Below are positions 1-7,557 of a stretch of DNA of 36,703 bases, piece by piece. This DNA comes from Candidatus Bipolaricaulota bacterium (GTDB lineage Bacteria > Bipolaricaulota > Bipolaricaulia > UBA7950 > UBA9294). Numbering within the stretch: the first letter of the stretch is position 1; every line of letters begins with the position of its first letter. The stretch covers positions 1-36,703 of the forward strand of contig JAPLGE010000069.1 in NCBI GenBank assembly GCA_026390315.1, read 5' to 3'. Below the pieces are notes generated by a model. The model was given only the letters and a program-made list of their open reading frames with translations. It was not told the origin of the DNA and searched no databases. Both the position numbers and the translations under genes were made by a program.

Positions 1-152
1 GGGCGCGGGGCGCCCGAAGCCCTCCCTCCGAGGAGGTGAGGAATGGCCTGAACGTCCGAGCGCAGGGAGCCGCCGTGAAAAGGATCCTTGCGCGGAAGAC
101 GGGGACGGGCCATGGCGCTTGCCGCGATGGCGCGGTGAGTGTCTTCCCCGTC

Positions 153-180
153 TTGCAAAACGCATGAGTTGGCTTATGAT
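153..180 (+). promoter_or_regulatory. Putative sigma70 promoter for the lipoprotein gene
   Basis: TTGCAA (153-158), 16-nt spacer, TATGAT (175-180); SD GAGAGG at 201-206 before ATG 215. Confidence 0.55.
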
Positions 181-214
181 TAGGTGCCCAATGTGGCAAA
201 GAGAGGTGCACACT

Positions 215-751
215 ATGCTAAGTGTCGGAAAAGGCAAGAACGCGCGGTTGATCGTTGTGGTCATTGCGCTGGTTGGGATCGGGCTTTTGCTCGCGGGTTG
301 CGGGGACAGCAAGAAGATGAAGGATCTGCAGAGCCAGCTGACGACCGCCCAGGGCCAGGTCACGAAGCTGACGGCCGACCTCAAGACGGCGACTGACGGA
401 AAGACGGCCTCGGACAAGGCCGCGAACGACGCCAAGGCGCAGGTGACGACGCTGCAGAAGGCGTACGACATCACGCCGTACGTCGCCACGTGGACGACCG
501 CGCTGGCGAACGGTGGGAAGGTCGAGATCGTCGTGACCAAGGCGGGGGACGTCACGCTCAAGTCCTTGAACGCTGCGGGCGAGGCGGCGGGGACCGCGCC
601 GGGCCTCGCGGGGCTGCTCCCGAAGGGCGAGTTCACCGTGCACGCCGGGGGCGTCTTCATGACGTTTGCGCTGCAGGGGGCCGATCTGAAGCTGGTCGCG
701 GTCGTCGGCAGCGACTTGTACGGCGCCCCGAACGCGATCTTCAAGAAGTAG
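215..751 (+). CDS. Lipoprotein with N-terminal coiled coil, unknown function
   Basis: ORF 119..751 restarted at ATG 215 (SD GAGAGG). Basic N-terminus, hydrophobic stretch, lipobox LLAG-C, then an Ala/Thr/Lys heptad segment; strong G/C-ending codon bias. Confidence 0.85.
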   Translation: MLSVGKGKNARLIVVVIALVGIGLLLAGCGDSKKMKDLQSQLTTAQGQVTKLTADLKTATDGKTASDKAANDAKAQVTTLQKAYDITPYVATWTTALANGGKVEIVVTKAGDVTLKSLNAAGEAAGTAPGLAGLLPKGEFTVHAGGVFMTFALQGADLKLVAVVGSDLYGAPNAIFKK

Positions 752-774
752 GGAGCCGCCCAGCGAACAAAGCG

Positions 775-805
775 GGGGAACCGTCCGCGCGGCGGTTCCC
801 CTCTT
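775..805 (+). terminator. Intrinsic terminator-like hairpin
   Basis: GGGGAACCG (775-783) pairs with CGGTTCCCC (793-801), followed by TCTT, about 25 nt after the stop codon. Confidence 0.6.
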
Positions 806-1092
806 GCAAGAGATGAGACGCGCTCAAGGGGAGGGGACGCCTTCTGCTTGGGCGCGCTTTCTTTGGTCGCGAATGGGACTGAGGCCGGCCGCCCTTCTGG
901 GGACACGCTGGCCGCGTGCGACGCTTGGCTGCACAGCGCCGCGGGTTGGCTCATCCCCCTCTGTGGCCGCTCGGGCGGCACGAGGAGGGGAGCCGGCGGG
1001 AAGAGAGAAAAGAGGGCCCGCGACAGGGCTCCTGCGCGGGCACCGGGCCAGTTGCCGTCCTGAGAGGACTCGTCCGTCGATAGGCAGCACGC

Positions 1093-1266
1093 CTAGTTCT
1101 TGCTCTCCTCGTGCTTGAGGTACTCGAGGATCGCGTCGACGACCAGGTAGTTCACCGATCGATCGCGCTTCTCCGCGAGGCGCAACAGCCGCTCGACGGG
1201 CCGCTCCTCCATCTTCTTCTGCGGGACGTAGATGGACAGCTTATCCAGAATCTCCTTCTTAGCCAC
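1093..1266 (-). CDS. Small ribbon-helix-helix (CopG/Arc-like) DNA-binding protein
   Basis: SD AGGAGGTGA then GTG at 1266. Alternating beta strand KLSIYVP followed by two helices (LLRLAEKRDRSVNYLVVDAILEYL), the RHH pattern. Confidence 0.8.
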   Translation of the reverse strand: MAKKEILDKLSIYVPQKKMEERPVERLLRLAEKRDRSVNYLVVDAILEYLKHEESKN

Positions 1267-1393
1267 GTGACTCACCTCCTCATCTAGCTTCCTAAGCGAT
1301 CGTTCCGGATCTTATCCGGCGCGGATGAACGATCTGTGAAGGAGCGGTGAAGCGTTGATGGGCCTTGCCACCATCCTCTCCGTTGCGTGCAGT

Positions 1394-2582
1394 CTAGAGG
1401 ACCCGGAGGCCGCCGATCGCGGCGTCGAGCAGGATGATCGCCCACGTCGGGGCGCGCGCCGAGGCGAGGAGGACGAGCGCCACGGGAAAGAGAAGAGCGG
1501 TTCCGGCGTCCCAGACGAGCGCCGCGGCGATCCTGACCGCGACTCCCAGGATGATCCCGACGACCGCGGCGGAGACTCCCGCTAGGACCTCTCTTGCCCA
1601 CTCGAGCTCGCGCAGGCGGCGGACGTTGGGCGCGACAAACGACATGAGGGCGAAGGCCGGAAGGAACGCGCCGACCGTGGCGGCGACGGCTCCGAAGGGC
1701 CCCGCGAGGAGCCAACCGATGAAGGTGGCCGAGGAGAGAACCGGCCCGGGGGTCATCTGGCCGATGGCGATGGCGTCCACGAGCTGGCTCGGAGTGCGCC
1801 AGTCCATGGCGACGATGTCGCGTTCAATGAAGGCGAAGAGGACCATGCCGCTTCCGAAGAGGAGCGCGCTGACCTTGAGGAAGAAGAGCCCGATCGAAAG
1901 CGGGTGCGTGATGACCGCGGACGCCGAGCCGGCCGCCCCAGGGATTCCGGCGAGAGCCATCAGGAAGGCGCCGCGTCCGGGGAGGCGCGCCCGAAAGAGC
2001 GCCGCGATCCCCGCGGCGAGGAGAACCCAGATCGGATCTAACCCCAGGAGTTCGCCCGCCAGGCCGCCCGCTCCCCAGGCAAGCCAGACCCCCTCGCGGA
2101 TCGCGGCGCGTCCCAAGCGCCAGACGGCCGTGAGGATGATGGCCAGGACGACGGGATGGATCCCGAGCCGGAATGCCTTTTGCAGATACGGAAGCGCGCC
2201 GTAGCGTTCGTATGTCCAGGCCAGGAGCCCGGAGAAAAGCGCGCTCGGGAGGATGAACGCCGATCCCCGCCAAGAGGAACCCGGACCAGCGGGCGCGAAG
2301 ATAGCCCAACTGGATCGCCATCTCGGTCGCGTTCGGCCCAGGGATGAGGTTCATGAGAGCGACCAAGTCGAGGAACTCGTCGCGGCCTATCCAGGCTCGA
2401 CGGCGAACGACCTCGTGCTCCATTAGGGCGACGTGGGCGGCTGGGCCTCCGAAGCTCGTAAGGCCCAGCCGCCCCATCAGCCGAACGACCTCCATCAGCC
2501 GCCCCGGCTCCGGGCTCCCGGCGAAGGACACGGGGAGCAGGACCTGGGGAGCAAGCATTGGCTGGCGGCGCGCGTCGGGCAT
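1394..2582 (-). pseudogene. chrA: Chromate ion transporter (CHR family) with a +1 frameshift near 2261; true lesion or assembly error
   Basis: N-half motifs SFGGPAAHVA and NLIPGPNATEMA lie in ORF 1824..2582; C-half motifs FGSGMV and GQMTPGP lie in ORF 1394..2116. Removing one G in GGG ATC G GCG TTC gives a continuous LAGI-AFILPSALFSGLLAWTY. Start codon uncertain (2582 or 2558). Confidence 0.85.
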
Positions 2583-2781
2583 GTCTCGCCAGGTGGTCGC
2601 TTCCGAGGCTCACTTGGCGCCGGGGAGCCACGTCGCGAGGAGGGTGGACTCGAAACAGAGGCGGCCCCTTCACCCCCGGGCCCGGAGTCTCCCACCCGAT
2701 TCTCCGACTCTGCCGTCCCCTCTCTCTTCCTCCCGCAGGGCAAACGAGCCGCCAATGAGACGTATGGAGGTAGCTCAAGTC

Positions 2782-2810
2782 ACCATACCACAGCGGCGTG
2801 CGCAAGTCAA
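2782..2810 (-). promoter_or_regulatory. Sigma70 promoter for chrA
   Basis: Minus strand TTGACT (2810-2805), 17-nt spacer, extended -10 TGgTATGGT (hexamer 2787-2782). Confidence 0.65.
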
Positions 2811-2967
2811 GCGTGTTGTCAGTGAATCGGTTGTCCTTCCCATCGCCGGCCAGGACAGAGGGCGGCCGAGAGGTCAGTTGGATCCGCCTTCTTGGGCTGG
2901 GCGCCCGCTGTGAGAGGGAGGGTGGGGGTAGTGATCCTCCGTATGGGGCTGCGGTTTGGATGCGGCA

Positions 2968-2996
2968 TTGACTCGGCTCTCCCGTCCGTGTAGTCT
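2968..2996 (+). promoter_or_regulatory. Sigma70 promoter, divergent from chrA
   Basis: TTGACT (2968-2973), 17-nt spacer, TAGTCT (2991-2996). Confidence 0.65.
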
Positions 2997-3110
2997 GAGG
3001 AGACCCTTTCAAGCGAGGGATGCGGGTTTCGCCGGCCGAGGGCAAAGGCCTAGCGATGGTCTTGCAGAACGCACCCTTGTCGCGGGTCGCTCTCAAGGAG
3101 GTGTTCTGTC

Positions 3111-4135
3111 GTGAACGACGACTCAACCTGGCTTTGGGTTCTGGGGCTTCTGGCGGTCGGGGTGGTTGCGCTCCTCGTTTTCGGGTCGACCCCGCAAACG
3201 CCGGCCGTCGAGCCGCCCGCGTCGGGTCCGGCGGTCTCCACGGCGCCCGAATCGCGTGGCGTCTCGCCTGTGCTCCCACCGATCGTTGAGGCGGGGAAGG
3301 ACCTGACCCTCGATGAGCGGAAGAACGTCCGGCTCGACGGGGACGGGCGGGGTGTCTCGGGCGGAGCGGTCAGCTACCGCTGGGCGGCCGCGGGCGGGCG
3401 TGGGACCTTCGACGATCCAAGCGCGAAGCGGCCGGTGTACACGGCGCCGTCGATCTGTGGGTGTGAGGAGTGCGTGACGCTGACGCTCACGGTCACCGAT
3501 GACCGAGGCGCGAGCTCAGTGGATCACCTCACCGTGCGGGTGAGGAACCCGTTCGACTGCGTGGCCAGAGAGGCTCCGTGTCCCTGTGCCGCGATCGGTC
3601 GCCCGTGCGGACGGTCCGTTCTTCCGCTTCCGGAGCCGCCCTGCGGCGCTCCGTCTCCCTGCGGGTGTGAGCGTCCCTGCTCCACGCCATCGATGACTCC
3701 AGGTCCCTGCGATCCGGCGGTACACCCCTGCGACCGGCCTTGCGTCACCCACGTGAGCGCGCCGGAGCCTGCGAGGAGCCGCCGGACAGGCTGCCGTACA
3801 TCGTCTCGCTTCCGTGTCCCTCGGGTTCCCTGTCTACCCCGCTCGTCTCCCGCCAGTACGCGCGAACGGTGGAGGAGGGAGGATCGGTCGCGCTTCACGG
3901 GACGATCGGCGGGTCAAGCTGCAGCCCGGTCTGTTTCCGCTGGACGGCGGACAAGGGGTGGTTTGAGAACCCGGACTCCCTGAATCCGATCTGGCACGCG
4001 CCCAAGACCGGCTGCTGGGGCGGAGACGAGGCCTGCATCACGCTCTCGAGCACCGAGGCGTGTGGCGGACGGGGCTACGATCAGATTCGGGTTCGCATCA
4101 GCGATCCTAGGCTCTGCCGCACACAAGCGAAGTAG
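3111..4135 (+). pseudogene. Membrane-anchored Cys/Pro-rich protein with two Ig/PKD-like repeats; apparent 1-nt deletion near 3770
   Basis: SD AAGGAGG, GTG 3111, N-terminal TM. Repeat 1 (VSYRW...GTFDDPSAKRPVYTAP...LTLTVTD) is in frame 3111; the homologous repeat 2 (CFRWTADKGWFENPDSLNPIWHAP...ITLSSTE) is in ORF 3740..4135. Confidence 0.75.
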
Positions 4136-4230
4136 ACTCAGAAACGAGCCGGCGGGAAAGCGGCGTTTGATGACGGAGCTCGAGGCGCGTCACGCGGAGA
4201 GACTCTTCGCGTGGCGTGCCTCGCTTCCCT

Positions 4231-4926
4231 TCAGCCTCCTGCGGAGTCGGCGACGTACTTTCCCTTGTACAGGAGTGTCCACTCGTTCAGTCCCCCTAGA
4301 AGGCTTCGCGCCTCAAGAAACCCGGCCTGCTGAAGCGTCTGGGTCGCCTGGTCGCTCAGTGAGCCATCCCAGTCGTACAGGATCATGAGCACTCCCTGGG
4401 GCAGGCGGCTTTCCCACAGGTCGAGTTCGGCGTAGGGAAGGTTGATCGCGCCCATGAGGTGGCCGGCGGCGTAGTCGTTCGGCTCGCGGAGGTCGATGAG
4501 GAGGTAGAAGAGGTAGTTCAGATCGCCGACCGGGATCTGGTAGTCCTGCGGCCTCGTCGTCGCGCCGACGATCGTCAGGACGAGCTTGGGGTTGGCCGGG
4601 TCGGTTGACTCGACGGCGATCTCCTTCGCGATCGATCCAGAGAATCCGGCCGTGTTCACGAGCACCTCGAGAGCCACGGACTCCCCGGCAGCCAGTTGGC
4701 TCTTCGCGAGCGTCGTCGTCGTGCACCCACAGGCGGCGCTCACCTTGGTGATCTCGAGGGCGCTGTCTCCGACGTTGGTGAGGATGAAGGTGTGCGCGAC
4801 CGCGATCCCTTCGACGACCTGTCCGAAGTCGTAGGTCGCGTTGTCGACCGCGATCCGCGGCGCTCCGAGGGTGGCGAGGCCGAAGACAGCGACGACGAGG
4901 AGCATGACGGGGGCAGTCTTATTCAT
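4231..4926 (-). CDS. Secreted DUF1573 (Ig-like) domain fused to a rhodanese-like domain
   Basis: SD AAGGAGG; signal peptide. DUF1573 pattern YDFGQV...F.LTNVGDSALEI..V.AACGCT; rhodanese pattern LIDLREPNDYAAGHLMGAINLP...LLGGLNEW. Confidence 0.85.
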   Translation of the reverse strand: MNKTAPVMLLVVAVFGLATLGAPRIAVDNATYDFGQVVEGIAVAHTFILTNVGDSALEITKVSAACGCTTTTLAKSQLAAGESVALEVLVNTAGFSGSIAKEIAVESTDPANPKLVLTIVGATTRPQDYQIPVGDLNYLFYLLIDLREPNDYAAGHLMGAINLPYAELDLWESRLPQGVLMILYDWDGSLSDQATQTLQQAGFLEARSLLGGLNEWTLLYKGKYVADSAGG

Positions 4927-4947
4927 GAGTGTCCTCCTTGCGCTTGA

Positions 4948-5721
4948 TTATAGCCAGGGTCTGATCGTGTCGTCGGTCATCGTGGCGGGATGGCCGGAGA
5001 AGCGGACGATACCCTGGCGGTCGATGACAAACGTGTGCGGGATTCCGAAGCCGCCGAAGACGAAGACCTCGTAGCGGCTCGCGACCTCCCGAGCCTCGGC
5101 GAGGGAGCTCCAGAGGGCGACGAGCTGCGTCGAGCCGCTCTCCTCCAGGTAGGCCGTGGCCTCGTCCGCGGTCCGATCGAGGCTCACTCCCACGAGGACG
5201 ACCCCTTGGTCGCGGAAGCGGCTCACGAGGGCCTCGAGGCTCGGCATCGTGGCGCGGCACGGGACGCACCAGCTCGCCCAGAAGTCAAGGACAACCACGC
5301 GGCCCCGTAACTCCGCGAGCTGGATCCGGCCTCCGCGGAGGCCAGCAAGAGAGAAGTCAGGCGCAAGCTGGCCTGACTCGTTCCCCACGCTGAGTTCCCG
5401 TGGAGTCTCCACCGTCTCGCGGGGCGGCGGCGCGGTTCCGTCTTGGGGGCGTGACGACGAGTCGGTGTCCTTCAGATCCGCTTGGGACGTGGTGACGTCG
5501 CGCTCGGTTGGAAGCGAGGCTCCCGCCGGAACGACCTCAGCGGTCCCCAGGGCAGGCGACGCCTCCGCAGGCGGACGGGAAGAGGCGATCGTCGCATCCT
5601 CGAGCGCAGGACGACGGAGGACGAGGATCGCCACGCCGGCGACGATGAGCACGGGAACCACGACCCACGCCACAAACCGGAGCCGGCGACTTGGGTTCCT
5701 CTTCTCTGTGGTTTGCCCCAC
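4948..5721 (-). CDS. TlpA/ResA-family membrane-anchored thioredoxin (disulfide reductase)
   Basis: N-terminal TM, low-complexity linker, APDFSL, VLDFWASWCVPC, and cis-Pro region GIPHTFVID. Confidence 0.9.
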   Translation of the reverse strand: MGQTTEKRNPSRRLRFVAWVVVPVLIVAGVAILVLRRPALEDATIASSRPPAEASPALGTAEVVPAGASLPTERDVTTSQADLKDTDSSSRPQDGTAPPPRETVETPRELSVGNESGQLAPDFSLAGLRGGRIQLAELRGRVVVLDFWASWCVPCRATMPSLEALVSRFRDQGVVLVGVSLDRTADEATAYLEESGSTQLVALWSSLAEAREVASRYEVFVFGGFGIPHTFVIDRQGIVRFSGHPATMTDDTIRPWL

Positions 5722-5909
5722 GGTCTGACCCTCCGCTCACCACGAGCCGTCTTGCCGCCCGAGGAATGTCAGGGGAGTCCCTCGTTCAGTCCGCGACCTC
5801 CGGTAAAGCGGCGCTCACCCGGCGATTCCTGTTCCCGTTACCATAGCGACGGCGTGTGAGGATCCCGTGAAGCGGAACGCGGCGGCCGGCCGGTCGGGCG
5901 CGTGGCTCC

Positions 5910-6197
5910 CTAGCGGCCGTTGTGCGGCTCGGAGCACAAGACCGCTCTTGAGTCTCGGAACTTGACGAAGCGATCGGGCGATCGGTAGAGCCATGTGCAG
6001 AGGTCCACACGGGAGCCCTCGCAATCGGTGTAGCTTGACTGGACCACCTCGTCCGGCTGTCCCCACGCCCTCGCGACCTGCTCTTCGCACATCCCCGGGG
6101 CGATCCGGCACAAGTAGTTCGAGGAGTGTTCCCACGCCCCCGCGATGAACATCAACGTCAAGGCGATCCAGATCATCAGGCGGACTTGGCATCCCAC
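5910..6197 (-). CDS. Small hypothetical protein with a SmpA/BamE-like motif
   Basis: Hydrophobic N-terminus, then PGMCEEQVARAWGQPD...TWLY resembling the GMtxeqV...GxP...W.Y pattern. Start uncertain. Confidence 0.5.
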   Translation of the reverse strand: MGCQVRLMIWIALTLMFIAGAWEHSSNYLCRIAPGMCEEQVARAWGQPDEVVQSSYTDCEGSRVDLCTWLYRSPDRFVKFRDSRAVLCSEPHNGR

Positions 6198-6677
6198 TCA
6201 CATCACCCCCCGTCTGTGAACGGCGCTCGCGAATCTGCTCACCGCTAAGCATCTCAGGAACGGCTTCCAAGCAGAAGACGGAGGAGTCACCGAATCTGGA
6301 ACCTTGTCCCCAGATTCCTAGACGCGTCGGCCGAAGAGGGCCGGGAGCTCCTGCATGCCGTCGCCGCGTTCGGGTCTCCGTGGGTCCGCGTCCCTCGTTC
6401 GCTCATCGTTGCCGCGGTCTCCCTGCCTCAACGCGACGGGAGGCACCCCGAGCGCTAAGGGATCTCCGCGGGAGTCGGCGAAGGCGTCGAGAGAGACGCC
6501 AAGCGGCGGCTCCTCTTCAAGAGCCTGCGGAAGAAAGCGATGCGTCAGGGACGCAGAGGGGCCTTAGGCGCCCGAGTCTTCGGAGCTCGAGCCGGGGAGG
6601 ATCGCGGTGTGCCCGAATTCCCTTCGGACTACCGCCAACCCCGTTCGTTCCGTATCATGGAGGGGAAGGAGGAGAGC

Positions 6678-7511
6678 ATGGAGATCGAGGCCCTCAAGCG
6701 GAAGGCGAACGCGCTGCGGGGAGACGTCCTGCGGATGGTGACTCTGGCAGACTCCGGCCACCCCGGAGGAGCTTTGGGCATGGCCGACGTCCTCACGGTT
6801 CTCTTCTACCGCTTCCTTCGCCACGACCCGCTCCGCCCCGATTGGCCGGAGAGGGATCGCTTCCTCCTCTCGAACGGCCACGCATGCCCGATCCTTTACG
6901 CGATTCTCGCTGACCGAGGCTACTTCCCCAAAGAGGAGCTGTGGCTCCTGCGAAAGCTCGGTGCCCTCCTTCAGGGGCACCCCTCCACCGCGTGGGAGAT
7001 TCCCGGAGTCGAGGTGTCGAGCGGGTCGCTCGGGAACGGGCTCTCCGTCGCTCTCGGCATGGCCATGGCTGCTCGCCTGGACGGCCGCGACTCGCGGATC
7101 TACTGCTCGATCTCCGACGCCGAGTGTCAGGAGGGCCAGCCCTGGGAAGCGGCGACGGCCGCGGTCCACTACGGTGTCGACCGGCTCTGCGCCATCCTCG
7201 ACTGGAACGGCTGCCAGATCGACGGCCACACGAAGACCGTAATGGACGTCGGTGACCTCGCCGCGAAGTTCCGGGCGTTCGGCTGGAACGTCTGCGAGAT
7301 CAGCGGCCACGACGTCGACGCGATCGTCTCCTCGTTCGACGCCTTCCTCGGGGCCGCCGGCTCAGGGCGACCGACGTTCCTGGCCTGCCGCAACACGCTC
7401 GGGAAAGGCGTCTCTTTCATGGAGGACGAGCCCAAGTGGCATCACGGAGCCCTGTCTCCGGACGAGCTTGCGCGGGCTCTCTCCGAGCTTGGCGTGGTCC
7501 TCCCCCGCTAG
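6678..7511 (+). CDS. Transketolase, N-terminal (TPP-binding) subunit
   Basis: SD AAGGAGG, ATG 6678. Motifs SGHPGG, RDRFLLSNGH, LQGHP, GSLGNG, SDAECQEG, GKGVSFME..PKWHH. Confidence 0.92.
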   Translation: MEIEALKRKANALRGDVLRMVTLADSGHPGGALGMADVLTVLFYRFLRHDPLRPDWPERDRFLLSNGHACPILYAILADRGYFPKEELWLLRKLGALLQGHPSTAWEIPGVEVSSGSLGNGLSVALGMAMAARLDGRDSRIYCSISDAECQEGQPWEAATAAVHYGVDRLCAILDWNGCQIDGHTKTVMDVGDLAAKFRAFGWNVCEISGHDVDAIVSSFDAFLGAAGSGRPTFLACRNTLGKGVSFMEDEPKWHHGALSPDELARALSELGVVLPR

Positions 7512-7557
7512 AGGTGCCGGGCTTCGAGCCGAGCGGATTGAGAGTGGGTCTGGGTTC

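Noticed and set aside
31-51. Strong SD AGGAGGTGA followed by ATG GCC TGA (two-codon ORF)
   Set aside because: At the window edge with no context; a minus-strand frame from 113 is also open to the edge, so it cannot be interpreted.
804-1090. Short ORFs between the lipoprotein and RHH genes
   Set aside because: No SD, motifs or codon bias; probably intergenic, with a weak minus-strand terminator-like hairpin near 1003-1033.
2630-2716. tRNA-like TTCGAGTCC on the minus strand
   Set aside because: No T-stem pairing around it, no cloverleaf and no CCA end; treated instead as part of the chrA leader.
3038-3062. GGGCAAA resembling the c-di-GMP-I riboswitch start
   Set aside because: The GNRA-capped P2 and the downstream GACGCAAAGC are absent.
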